Of a stretch of DNA of 64,000 nt, positions 29,532 through 39,720 are shown piece by piece. The stretch's first letter is position 1; the number at the start of each line of letters is the position of its first letter. Below the pieces are notes generated by a model that did not search any database, had not been told where the DNA came from, and saw only the letters and a program-made list of their open reading frames with translations. The position numbers and the translations under genes were made by a program. The DNA lies in assembly GCA_964525635.1 (NCBI GenBank), contig CAZGJX010000006.1:1-64000 (forward strand), given 5' to 3'. This stretch comes from an uncultured archaeon. GTDB lineage: Archaea; Asgardarchaeota; Lokiarchaeia; Sigyniarchaeales; SOKP01.

Positions 29532-30494
29532 ATGAAAGAGATGAAAAAGAAGTATAAACGTAGTATAATAAAATTGGGAAATTCAAAAGCAATTACATTC
29601 CCACAAGAATGGACTGAAAATGCTAAATTGGTAGAGAAATCTGAAATTTCACTTTATCCAATTGATAATAAGACATTAATTATCCAAGCTCAAGATAAAC
29701 AAGAACAAAAAGCTGTTTATAGATTTGATAGTGCAAAAATTCCATTCAAATTAGTAAAACAAGTGATTTTATCTGCATTTAAATTAAATGTTGATGAAAT
29801 ATATATAAAATATAATGCAAAAAATCAGGAAAAATTATATGAACTTCTAATAGAATTAAGAAGAGAAATTATTGGTATTGATTTTAAAAGCTTACCCGAA
29901 AATAATGAATATTATATTTCATTCCTTTTAGATACGTCAAAAACCACTTTTTTTGAGGTATTGGAAGATTTAGTAAATGTTTTTAGCACAATTATTACCA
30001 ATATTGTAGATGGAGAAGCAAATAAGATTAGTGGTCTTTTATTAGAAGAAATTGATAGAAAATATTCATTAGGAACAAGAATTCTAATTACTGGATTATC
30101 TAAATATCCTTTTTCCAGAACTAGCTTACCTGTTATAAGATTCCTTGGAGATAGGGTTGTTCTTTTATATGTTCGAGATTTTATTAATGAAGCTTTATTT
30201 AATTTACAGCATATCCCATCTACCGTTATAGATAAATATAAAGAACTTTTAGTAAATGTACCAAGACTTTTACAAGATATGATTAAAAATTATAATAATA
30301 TAAATACAGAAAATATCTCTAAATTTCAAAATTCTTTGGAACAATTTCAAGAAAAACTAAATGCTACAGACTTTGAAACAGATGAAGCAAAATATCATAT
30401 AGAAAATTCAATAAGATATTATCTGAATAGTTTTAGAAGCTTCTTTGATATTGGAATAACAAGAATGATAGAAGCAGAGATTGGGTTATTTTAA
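29532..30494 (+). CDS. AbrB/MazE-type DNA-binding domain fused to PhoU-like helical domain
   Basis: RSIIKLGNSKAITFPQEW N-terminus followed by a helical PhoU-like region. Confidence 0.8.
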   Translation: MKEMKKKYKRSIIKLGNSKAITFPQEWTENAKLVEKSEISLYPIDNKTLIIQAQDKQEQKAVYRFDSAKIPFKLVKQVILSAFKLNVDEIYIKYNAKNQEKLYELLIELRREIIGIDFKSLPENNEYYISFLLDTSKTTFFEVLEDLVNVFSTIITNIVDGEANKISGLLLEEIDRKYSLGTRILITGLSKYPFSRTSLPVIRFLGDRVVLLYVRDFINEALFNLQHIPSTVIDKYKELLVNVPRLLQDMIKNYNNINTENISKFQNSLEQFQEKLNATDFETDEAKYHIENSIRYYLNSFRSFFDIGITRMIEAEIGLF

Positions 30495-30660
30495 TTCTTA
30501 AATTTAATTATTGATATTTTTAATAATTTTATTTTTTTAATCCTGTTAATTGAAATTTAGATAAGAGTATTTTTGTTTATAAATATCTAACAATATTAAT
30601 CAATACTATAAATATAATTAAAATTTAGATAATAATTATAAAATAAGTATTGATGTAATT

Positions 30661-31131
30661 ATGAGTGTTATTAAAAGACAAAACCAGAGTGTGTTTACTC
30701 TCCCTTTATTTATCTGTGGTATTATTTCTCTTGTCTATTACTTTTGGGATATCTTTCCCGGTATATATTCCCTCAACTACTATATAAGAGGAGAGGCTAT
30801 TGATAATGTGTTCAGATTCATGTTCGCTTTCTTAGGATTATTTTTTACCGATTTAATTTACTCCAGAAAGAAAATATTTATCGATGATGTTGAAGGAAAT
30901 GATTTAAAAGCCGAATCTTCGACTATTTTGATCGAGGATAAATTTAAGAGGAGTACGTGGTATACATTATATATTTGCTTACTAATATTGATCTGTTATA
31001 TCCTTATCTTTTTTGTAGTCATTCTCATAAATGTAGCGATTAATCCTGAATTGGAATTTGAATTATTTCAGAGTGGGGATTTTTCCGATGAGGAAATTTT
31101 AAGTCTATTTGCACCATTTGGAGAGGAGTAA
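30661..31131 (+). CDS. Hypothetical membrane protein
   Basis: Three hydrophobic segments and an acidic C-terminus. Confidence 0.65.
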   Translation: MSVIKRQNQSVFTLPLFICGIISLVYYFWDIFPGIYSLNYYIRGEAIDNVFRFMFAFLGLFFTDLIYSRKKIFIDDVEGNDLKAESSTILIEDKFKRSTWYTLYICLLILICYILIFFVVILINVAINPELEFELFQSGDFSDEEILSLFAPFGEE

Positions 31132-31261
31132 AAGTTCGGGTAAAACAGAAGAATTATGGTATCAAGTCTGCCATAATGCTGGAATTCCAACATCATTGAA
31201 TAATCTTTGAATTTAAAAATATTTTTTATCCCTTCTTTTTAAGTTCAAGACTACATTTTAA

Positions 31262-32383
31262 TTATTTATATCTAGGATAAACCTTACCTTTATAGACATA
31301 AAATAAATATTGGCGCTCCAGCTTCTCAAGTTTAGTCAATGATTCTGGGAATCTTTTCTTGATTTTTTCCTCATCTACATACAATGTCCTTAAATTCCTT
31401 AAATTACCAATAGAGTCTGGTAAAGCAGTGATGATATTATTTGTTAAACTAAGAGTCTTAAGCGATTTTAATTTACCAATAGAATGTGGAACCTCCTCAA
31501 TAAAATTATGTCTTAGAATTAAATATTCTAAATTCTTTAGCTCTCCTATGGAATGGGGGATTTCCTCAATTAAATTATAGCTTATATTTAGTTCTTTTAG
31601 ATTCTTTAATTTTCCAATATTAGATGGTAATTTTTTCAAATCACAATTGTTTATTATCAAGATTTCTAAATATTCTAAATTCACAATAGAGCTTGGAAGC
31701 TCATCTATTTTTAATCTCTTTATTTTTAGAAAATCAATATGAATCCCTTTAAAGCTAAATGTAAAATAAAAGTCTGGCTCATCAATATCATTAAAATCAA
31801 TTTCTATTTTCCTATTTAATAATTTCTCTAATTCTTTTAAGGGTTTTATTTCTCTTTCGGGAAATAAACTCCAGAACTCATCTCTTGTAAGATAATCTAA
31901 ATAGCCTTGAATCGCTAAGTATTTATTAGATGTAGGATAACCCTCTGAAAACCTCTTTGCAAGCTCATCCTTAAATATCTTCTTCGCTAATGGATCTCCT
32001 ACATCTGATAGTTTTTTTAATAAAGGTATCGCTAAATTTGAATGAAGTAAGCGAGAATCATAATTGTTCTCTGCCCATGCCTGCAAATTGGAGCAATGAC
32101 CCCAAAATTCCTCATCTAAAGTTAGATCATGTTGCTTTTCTATTTCTTTCACTTCTTTCTGAAAATCATAATCATGCTGTAAAGAACTCTCATAAACCTC
32201 TGCTGCTCCATCAATTGAGTAAATATCTTCATAGTCCTCTATTTTATCAAGAGGGATCTGAATGATGAGTTTTTTACACTGATCAAACCTTTTTCCATCT
32301 ATATAGATATTTGTCCCAGGATTAAAGGGTGCTTCTAATTTAAGTGTAATATGTTCATTAATTCTAAATTCTTGAAATATCAA
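31262..32383 (-). CDS. Leucine-rich repeat protein of Lokiarchaeia type
   Basis: EEFWGHCSNLQAW...LLHSNLAIPLLKKL N-terminal domain; C-terminal LPxSIGxLKxLxxL repeats. Confidence 0.9.
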   Translation of the reverse strand: MIFQEFRINEHITLKLEAPFNPGTNIYIDGKRFDQCKKLIIQIPLDKIEDYEDIYSIDGAAEVYESSLQHDYDFQKEVKEIEKQHDLTLDEEFWGHCSNLQAWAENNYDSRLLHSNLAIPLLKKLSDVGDPLAKKIFKDELAKRFSEGYPTSNKYLAIQGYLDYLTRDEFWSLFPEREIKPLKELEKLLNRKIEIDFNDIDEPDFYFTFSFKGIHIDFLKIKRLKIDELPSSIVNLEYLEILIINNCDLKKLPSNIGKLKNLKELNISYNLIEEIPHSIGELKNLEYLILRHNFIEEVPHSIGKLKSLKTLSLTNNIITALPDSIGNLRNLRTLYVDEEKIKKRFPESLTKLEKLERQYLFYVYKGKVYPRYK

Positions 32384-32816
32384 TATAATAAAGGCAAATC
32401 TTCATAAATTATGTTATGTTGATAAAAGTAATCTACAGTTTTAAATTTAATCACTCTTAAGATTTAATAAAAATTTCTGCTTTATGAGTGTTAAAATTTT
32501 TTTAATTCGATTTTCAAGATTATCTTCCCAATTGGAATTGATTTCATTGATTATAATTGCTTTATCATCCTATTATGGGATTTTACATCTAAAAGGATGA
32601 AAATTTTAAATTATCTTTGTTCTTAGTAACGCTTTACGAAAGATTCTTAGAATAAATCTCTCTTTTTAATTGAGTGATAACTATCTAAAATATGCAAAAT
32701 ACATCTATTTTTTATTGAATCATTCTTTTTTAATAATTTCGAAAATTCTAAATTATATTATTCATTTTCCACCCTCAAGAAATATTGAATTAAAATCAAC
32801 ATATGGAGAGTTAATA

Positions 32817-33134
32817 ATGGCAAAGAAAAAGAAGGTTATTAAGGAAGAAATTGATGAGATTCCAGATGGAAGTGTTGATGAAGATGGAGATGAACTTATC
32901 AATCTTGAGGATGAATATGATAATCTTGAAGATGACGTTATAGTCGATCTAAATCAGATTGAAGATGAAATGCTCGCAGATGAGGATGAGGATGAGGAAT
33001 TCGGTCCAGAAGTAGATGAAGTCGAAAAAATGCTTAGGGAAATGAAATGTGAGCCATGTTCTGGAAGTTCAAGCAAAATTGATTGCAAAATTAGAAATGA
33101 TTTCGGCTGCCCTCCAGAAAAAGCTAATAAATAA
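32817..33134 (+). CDS. Small acidic protein with C-terminal Cys cluster
   Basis: ATG 32817 after GGAG SD; D/E-rich tract, then CEPC-x7-C-x7-C. Confidence 0.75.
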   Translation: MAKKKKVIKEEIDEIPDGSVDEDGDELINLEDEYDNLEDDVIVDLNQIEDEMLADEDEDEEFGPEVDEVEKMLREMKCEPCSGSSSKIDCKIRNDFGCPPEKANK

Positions 33135-33171
33135 CAAAAATAAATTTAAAATAATTTATTTGTTAATAATT

Positions 33172-33984
33172 TTATTCCATTTTTATTAATTTACTATTAA
33201 ATCCGCATATATGGCAAAAATCCGTATTTTTTCTTAATTTATTTCCACATTGTTTACAAAATACCATAAAATCATCATTATAAGTATCTATTGTTTTATA
33301 TCTAACAGTTCCACAATAAGGACAGTAGTTTTTATCAAATTTATCATCTAATCTATTTTTACAATTTGTACATTGGTGTATGAGTTTTTTGTTTTCTTCA
33401 GAATGAGTAATAAATTTGACATTGTTGAATTTAAGTTTACTTAGGTCATTTATTTTATTTGAAGTATTAATTTTTATAGATATAACTCCAATTATGATAA
33501 AAATAACTAAAATTGTATAAAAAATCCATATGAAATTAAAATAAACTGAATCAAATTTAATATTATATTCAATAGTACCGCTTCCATTGGAATCAAATAA
33601 GAAATAATAAGAATCTGGTTCATCTAATTCAATAATTCCAGAATGTTCATAACAATTAGTAAATAATCTAATGTAATTAAAATCCCATCCTGCAGCCTCT
33701 GCAAGTTCCAGTGGCATAGTTGTTAATGTAAAATAATCAGAATATGTCATGATTTCTAAAGTAATTGGGCATGTACTTTTTATCTCCCATTCTATATTCT
33801 TTTTTGCATATGCGTCATCAAAAAATAAAACTCTTTCATCATTTATTGAAATCACACCGGTTTTTTGATCAGAAGAGAAATTTATGAGAGAATTTTGGAA
33901 AGAAAAAATAGTAATATTCAATATCATAATAGAAATTATGATTAAGATACATATTTGGATAAAATTTTTGTGCTTTTTTTCCAT
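33172..33984 (-). CDS. Membrane protein with C-terminal double zinc ribbon
   Basis: Two TM segments; CTNC..CPYC..CKQC..CHIC. Confidence 0.8.
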   Translation of the reverse strand: MEKKHKNFIQICILIIISIMILNITIFSFQNSLINFSSDQKTGVISINDERVLFFDDAYAKKNIEWEIKSTCPITLEIMTYSDYFTLTTMPLELAEAAGWDFNYIRLFTNCYEHSGIIELDEPDSYYFLFDSNGSGTIEYNIKFDSVYFNFIWIFYTILVIFIIIGVISIKINTSNKINDLSKLKFNNVKFITHSEENKKLIHQCTNCKNRLDDKFDKNYCPYCGTVRYKTIDTYNDDFMVFCKQCGNKLRKNTDFCHICGFNSKLIKME

Positions 33985-34250
33985 TCTTTTTTTAAGATTT
34001 TATATTTATTTATATTCTATATAATATTCATATATACACAAATATATTTAAGTCTTTCGAAAAAAAGTATATTAGATTAAAAGATGCCATGGGATGTTTA
34101 TTGAAGAGAGTCAAGATATATAATAATATATATTCTATATTTTTTTCACAAAAATAAATTAAATATTAAATTTATTATTATTATTTTTATATGTGTATTA
34201 GTATGGTAAAGTTATTTTAATCCTAAAAAAATGATAAATATAAAAAGATA

Positions 34251-35777
34251 TCATGAATTTATTATGAGATTTTTTAATTCTTCCATTTCTTTAAGAGAAG
34301 CAAATTTAATTTGATGTCGTTTCTTGCCTAATTCTCTTAAATTGTAATGTACGATTTTTCTCCATTTAATATATGTTTTTAATGTGGCGATCCATCTTAT
34401 AGGATGAAAAGAATATCTGAATCCCCGAACTTTCAAACCTTTTTTAAGTATTCTTACTTTATTCCACCACCCTCCTCCATAATAATTAATATAGAAGAAT
34501 CCAAGAAATAATAGTCTTCTAAGAGCCTCAGGACTTAAATTAGGTGTCTTTATAACAGAATTTAACCAATTATATTTTGAGTAGTCCTCTGTTAATAAGA
34601 GATTTCTTTCTTTCATTTCTTTGTAATATCCAGTTGCTGGAAATGGTGTTAATAAGGTAAAACTCGGCATATCAAGGTCTAGTTCTCTTGTCTTTTTTAT
34701 AGTGATCAAAATATCATCAATAGAATCTTCTAAATTTGCTCCTATTATGACATTTCCCATAATAAAAATACCTGCTTCATGTAAAACCTTTATACCTTTT
34801 TTGATATTCTCTAATTTGCATCCTTTACGGATTTTTTCTAATGTTTTATCATCTGTTGCTTCAACACCAACTAGAACAAGCCAAAATCCTGCCCTAGCCA
34901 TTAATTTTGTTATTCTTGGATTTCTGGCCATAGCGTCTAATCTTCCTTGAAAAAAGAACTTTAAATTCTTCTTGATTCTTCGCTGTTTTTTACCCTTAAT
35001 AATTTCTATGCAAAGCTTACCAATTCTCTTCATATTAACAAGAAAATTATCATCTACAAAGAAAACATCCGTTATTTTTTTATTTTTTGATATAATTTCT
35101 AATTCCAGAATAATGTTTTCTACAGATCTTGCTCTCCAACTCCTTTTATAAACTACATGGGTACTACAGAATTTGCATCCTTGTGGACATCCACGAGAAG
35201 TTTCTATTGCATCACAGTTCATATTGAATATCTTATAATTATAATGTTTTACTAATTCTCTAGAAGGTAATTTTAGTTCATTTAAATTTTTAAGAAATAA
35301 TCTATCTGGATTGTGTATAATCTCGCCATTTATTTTATAGGAGAGTCCATTCACATTTTCTGCTGATCCTTTCTGTATTAATTCTCGAAAAGTAAATTCT
35401 CCTTCTCCTCTTACTAAAATATCAATCCAAGGAGAAGATAATGTTTGTTCCACTGCTAATGTTGGATGCCATCCTCCAATTACGGTTGTACATCCATATT
35501 TTTTAGCAATCTTTGCATAATTTAAAACATTGTTTATTGCACTTGAAACAGGAACAGTTAAACCTACTAAATCAGGTTTAAATTTCTCTATTTCTTCTTC
35601 CACTTGGATTAGGTTTAAATTCGCAGCTTTCGAGTCTAAAATTATGATATCTACTAAATCTTTAACATAAGCAGCAATATATTCAAGAGCTAATGGAGGG
35701 AAAGCAGAATCATAAAAATCATAGCCAGTTGTTTTATAATTTGCTACTAATAATAGAATTTTTTTCCATTTCATCAA
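34251..35777 (-). CDS. B12-binding domain radical SAM protein
   Basis: PPLALEYIA, GGWHPT, RGEGE, SRGCPQGCKFC (CxxxCxxC), FVDDNF. Confidence 0.93.
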   Translation of the reverse strand: MMKWKKILLLVANYKTTGYDFYDSAFPPLALEYIAAYVKDLVDIIILDSKAANLNLIQVEEEIEKFKPDLVGLTVPVSSAINNVLNYAKIAKKYGCTTVIGGWHPTLAVEQTLSSPWIDILVRGEGEFTFRELIQKGSAENVNGLSYKINGEIIHNPDRLFLKNLNELKLPSRELVKHYNYKIFNMNCDAIETSRGCPQGCKFCSTHVVYKRSWRARSVENIILELEIISKNKKITDVFFVDDNFLVNMKRIGKLCIEIIKGKKQRRIKKNLKFFFQGRLDAMARNPRITKLMARAGFWLVLVGVEATDDKTLEKIRKGCKLENIKKGIKVLHEAGIFIMGNVIIGANLEDSIDDILITIKKTRELDLDMPSFTLLTPFPATGYYKEMKERNLLLTEDYSKYNWLNSVIKTPNLSPEALRRLLFLGFFYINYYGGGWWNKVRILKKGLKVRGFRYSFHPIRWIATLKTYIKWRKIVHYNLRELGKKRHQIKFASLKEMEELKNLIINS

Positions 35778-35974
35778 TAGATATCCAAGTTGAATTCAAA
35801 ATTAAAAATTATTAATATTAAATGAAGCAATTACAATATCTTCATTAGAATAAAATAAATATTGAATTATTTATTTATTTTTTTAACTGAAAATTATAAT
35901 TCTTTAAATAAATATTACTAAAAGTTAATGAAGTTATCAATTTTCTATTTAGAAATATACTATAGTGATGATAT

Positions 35975-36976
35975 ATTATACTCAGTAAAAATCAGAAACG
36001 TTTTATAGTAATTATTATTGCTTATTTAATAAGTTGGCTTATCTGGAATATAAATGCTTCAAGAGGCACTACTGATATAAATATCTTATTCATTTGCTCT
36101 CTACTTGTCTTTGTAATTGTATTTACACCGTTTGAATCATATTTTACAGTTCGAGATATATGGTATGACAGATGGAAAAGATTAAAAATAAAAAATGTAA
36201 CAATTTCAACAGTTAAAATTTTAGTTGATAAAGAAAAAAAGAATGGTAAAATCACAGCAAATCTTATTTTTCCAAACGATAAAAACAAAATCCTTTCGAA
36301 AAATTCTGTAATTATTGTAAATCATGGTTTGGGTGATAAAAAAGAGGCTCTTCAATATATATACCTTCCATTAGCAGTTCAAGGATATATTATTCTTGCT
36401 TATGATGCTAGAGGGCATGGTAAATCAAAAAAAGTGGGAAAAAGAGGGCAATTTATCAAGCGACTTGAAGATTATAAAATTTTAATTAATTGGGTAAGAC
36501 AACATAAAGATCTAGCGAATATGGAAATTCACTCAATTGGATTCAGTATCGGAGCCTTAATTGTATTAGCAGGAAGTTATATGGAAGAAAACATCGAAAA
36601 AATAATTGCAATATCAGCAATTTCTGATTATAAAAAAACTGTTAAAAGACTTAATCCCATTGTTTTATTGAGTTTCTTAATGAAAGGTATTAAAATATTT
36701 CCCAACGAAGAGGAAGTAAAGAAATTGTCTCCTGGACTTATATTCAAGGACCTTAAAAAAAAACTCTCAGAAGAAGAATGGAAAAAATATATTAGAAAAA
36801 TTTTTCTAATACATAGTAGAAATGATAATGTAATTAAATTTCATAATTTCAAAGAGAATGTGTCTATTTTAGATTTACCCGAGAAGAATCAATTAGTTTT
36901 TAGAAAAGGTGGGCATATTAGCAAGAAAAATGAAGTTGCGCTTACGGGTGCGATTTTAAGTTTTTTAAATAATTAG
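35975..36976 (+). CDS. Membrane-anchored alpha/beta hydrolase; probable non-canonical start
   Basis: Frame is open from 35972 with two TM helices and the NHG motif upstream of TTG 36329; YDARGHG, GFSIG, D and GGH triad motifs. Confidence 0.85.
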   Translation: MILSKNQKRFIVIIIAYLISWLIWNINASRGTTDINILFICSLLVFVIVFTPFESYFTVRDIWYDRWKRLKIKNVTISTVKILVDKEKKNGKITANLIFPNDKNKILSKNSVIIVNHGLGDKKEALQYIYLPLAVQGYIILAYDARGHGKSKKVGKRGQFIKRLEDYKILINWVRQHKDLANMEIHSIGFSIGALIVLAGSYMEENIEKIIAISAISDYKKTVKRLNPIVLLSFLMKGIKIFPNEEEVKKLSPGLIFKDLKKKLSEEEWKKYIRKIFLIHSRNDNVIKFHNFKENVSILDLPEKNQLVFRKGGHISKKNEVALTGAILSFLNN

Positions 36977-38136
36977 AATAGATTAATCATTTTTTTAATT
37001 GCTTCATGGGCTAATTTTATACTTAAATTTATTGATCTCAATTTATTCTCAAAGTAGTCTGGATCTGAATTTGATTTTTCATATTCTTCAAATAAATTGA
37101 AGAATTGTTTTTGAGATTCAATTTCCATGGTATAAATATTTTTACGTGGAGTTGCATCACTCATTTTTACAAAACATCCATGATCAATAAAATTATGATT
37201 AAAAGCGGGATAATATGTTTCCCAAAGATTATCTTTTAATTTTTCATATATTTCTTTTGCTAATTTTAGACAATAATTCTTACTTTTATCACTATATAAA
37301 AAGTAGAAAGGTAATTTACCTGAATTATTAGAGATATATTTTTGTAACTTTTCATAAACAAAATCTAATTGTTTCGATGATATACTAATTTGAGTATAAT
37401 TATCAGATTGTTTTTTTTTTTTAAATAGTGGTTTTTTATGATAATTAATATTGTATAACTTTATTACATTTAAAATAATTCCCTCCTTTAGCCAATGATT
37501 GAATTTATACATAATTGATTTTTTACTAAAATTATTGAGTAAATCTAACGAGAATCGATCTAAAAGAGAGGTTTCATGAAAGTCTAGAATATAGATTGTA
37601 ATTTTTTCATTATCCCAATATTTTTGGAGGACTTTCTTTACAAATGCTGCATGTTCAGGAATTTGATTTCCTATACTATCCCTTTGACTTAGTGGATGTT
37701 CTGGGGCAAAAGTTCTTCGCCAAAATCTATTTAAATTTGTTCCATTTTTTAAAAAATAACCGAATTTATTATTTTTGCTTGGATTTAAAAATCCATAAGG
37801 ATTCATAATTGGAAAAAATATTAGATCTTGATTTTTACTCAATATCTCATTTAACTCACGGTTATTATCACTTATATGATTGAGAAATTCTAATGTTCCA
37901 AATAATCCATTAAATTCATTATGTTGTGCTGATATAAATACCTTAACATATTTTATACCTTTAGAATCAACATTATTTTTGATAAAAATGCAAGGGATGG
38001 GTCCTTCTGAAGTTTCATATTGTTTAAAAATGATATGATCTATTTGAGTAAAATCACGAAATTTTAAGATTAAACCTTTAAATAATTCTTCCCGATTATT
38101 TATATCTAATAAAGCTTTTAGAGTTGTTATTTTCAT
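36973..38136 (-). CDS. M14-like zinc carboxypeptidase/deacylase
   Basis: QHNE, PIMNPYG, NLNR, LDFHE motifs; ATG 1 nt after the stop of the upstream ATP-grasp gene. Confidence 0.72.
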   Translation of the reverse strand: MKITTLKALLDINNREELFKGLILKFRDFTQIDHIIFKQYETSEGPIPCIFIKNNVDSKGIKYVKVFISAQHNEFNGLFGTLEFLNHISDNNRELNEILSKNQDLIFFPIMNPYGFLNPSKNNKFGYFLKNGTNLNRFWRRTFAPEHPLSQRDSIGNQIPEHAAFVKKVLQKYWDNEKITIYILDFHETSLLDRFSLDLLNNFSKKSIMYKFNHWLKEGIILNVIKLYNINYHKKPLFKKKKQSDNYTQISISSKQLDFVYEKLQKYISNNSGKLPFYFLYSDKSKNYCLKLAKEIYEKLKDNLWETYYPAFNHNFIDHGCFVKMSDATPRKNIYTMEIESQKQFFNLFEEYEKSNSDPDYFENKLRSINLSIKLAHEAIKKMINLF

Positions 38137-38137
38137 T

Positions 38138-39595
38138 TTAGTAAGGACCAATAAATCTATCCCAATCTGAAAAAGATAAGATATTTTTATAATTATCTAC
38201 GATACTTTTAAAAATAATACAAGAATTACAAAAAATTTCAATAAAATGGTCCATTTTCATGTCTAGAAGTTTTGTGGATTTCTCAGATAAGCCTATCCCT
38301 CGATCTACTTCGATTCTTCCATCAAAACCAGAAAGGTTGACAACAAATTCTTCCTTATTTAGACCAGATATATAATTTCCACGAGCTATTCGAGCTAAAC
38401 CTCCAATTGGTATTATCTTTCCATTTATTTGAGATACATAAATTCTTATATCGAAAGTATGTTTAGCGCCTCTCCAATCTATTAAAGAGAAATCAGCCAT
38501 TTCCTGTATAGTATAGGGAAATGGATTTCTATTTTTCATAAACTTAACATAAAATTCTTCTTTACTTTTTTTTACAATAACTTTTAATTTAGAAGGATTT
38601 TTATTTATATCATCTGGAAAAATAGACATTACTCCGGCCCCACCAGAACCTCCATATGGCTTAATTATTAAAGGTTTTTTATATTCAATAATAGCTTTTT
38701 TAATTTTTTCAATAAGTTCCTCCTCATTGAATGCTTTAGAAAATAAAAAAGGCGCTGCATTAAATTCATCAAGAAATCTATTATCTAAATGCTGTGCTAA
38801 ATAAGTTAATGATTTATCATCAGTTACCATATAAATGGGATTAATAATTATTGTTTTTATTTTTCGAAAATTCTCTTTAATTATTCCTTCAAATTTAGGA
38901 TCATTTATACGTCTTGCAATCCCATCTCCAATTAATAAGCTTATATTTTCATTTTTAAACTTAATCCAATTATCTTTAAATGATAGGTTTAAAGACAATT
39001 GTTTATAGTCAGCAATTAAGAATGCTATATTACAATCAAAACTTCTTTTAAAATTATCCAAATTAAATAATTTAACTGATAATCCTTTAGCATTAATTAA
39101 AGTCCTTAAATATTCAATCATTATTGCTTTTTCATGGATTAAACCATCATTAATGGGGACTCCTACAACAATTAATATTTTTTCATCTTTTCTGTTATTT
39201 TTCATTATTACTTGATTAATCGCTTCAAAATAACCATTATAGATTATTTTTTGTTGCTTTTCAGTTAAAATCGAAAGTCCTCTATTACTCGCTCCATTCG
39301 TTTCTAATAAAAAATATTTTTTTCCATTACCTTGATCCTTACATACCATAAAATCAATACTTCCTACATAAAATACATCAAGGTCGTGCAATACATCTCC
39401 ATTAATTTTTTCTAGTTTAGCAAGAGCTTTTTTTCTAACTTTATCTGTAAATTCATCTTCCTGAGATTCTCTTAATTCTGTAAATGAAACCAAATCTAAT
39501 CCTAATGATTTTCCCAAATTAATCAAATCTAAATCTGAATTGGAAATAGAATTATTCATTAATTTGACAAATCTTGAAAGTTTTTCTTCACTCAA
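38138..39595 (-). CDS. Circularly permuted ATP-grasp ligase
   Basis: GSIDFMV...FLLETN near the N-terminus; DDKS, IIKPYGGSGGAG, TIQE, FDIRIYV further downstream. Confidence 0.75.
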   Translation of the reverse strand: MSEEKLSRFVKLMNNSISNSDLDLINLGKSLGLDLVSFTELRESQEDEFTDKVRKKALAKLEKINGDVLHDLDVFYVGSIDFMVCKDQGNGKKYFLLETNGASNRGLSILTEKQQKIIYNGYFEAINQVIMKNNRKDEKILIVVGVPINDGLIHEKAIMIEYLRTLINAKGLSVKLFNLDNFKRSFDCNIAFLIADYKQLSLNLSFKDNWIKFKNENISLLIGDGIARRINDPKFEGIIKENFRKIKTIIINPIYMVTDDKSLTYLAQHLDNRFLDEFNAAPFLFSKAFNEEELIEKIKKAIIEYKKPLIIKPYGGSGGAGVMSIFPDDINKNPSKLKVIVKKSKEEFYVKFMKNRNPFPYTIQEMADFSLIDWRGAKHTFDIRIYVSQINGKIIPIGGLARIARGNYISGLNKEEFVVNLSGFDGRIEVDRGIGLSEKSTKLLDMKMDHFIEIFCNSCIIFKSIVDNYKNILSFSDWDRFIGPY

Positions 39596-39720
39596 GGAAA
39601 TTTCATCATTTTAGGGATTAATTATTGATACTAAGATCAAGCTAATAAATAAATACTTTGTTTTTTAAATATTGATAAAGTGAGATTAATGTAATATGTA
39701 TTTTATCGAGGAAAATAAGT

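Noticed and set aside
32670-32816. N-terminal extension of ORF 32670-33134 (similarly 52108-52221)
   Set aside because: Low-complexity AT-rich sequence; an internal ATG is the more plausible start (with an SD at 32817).
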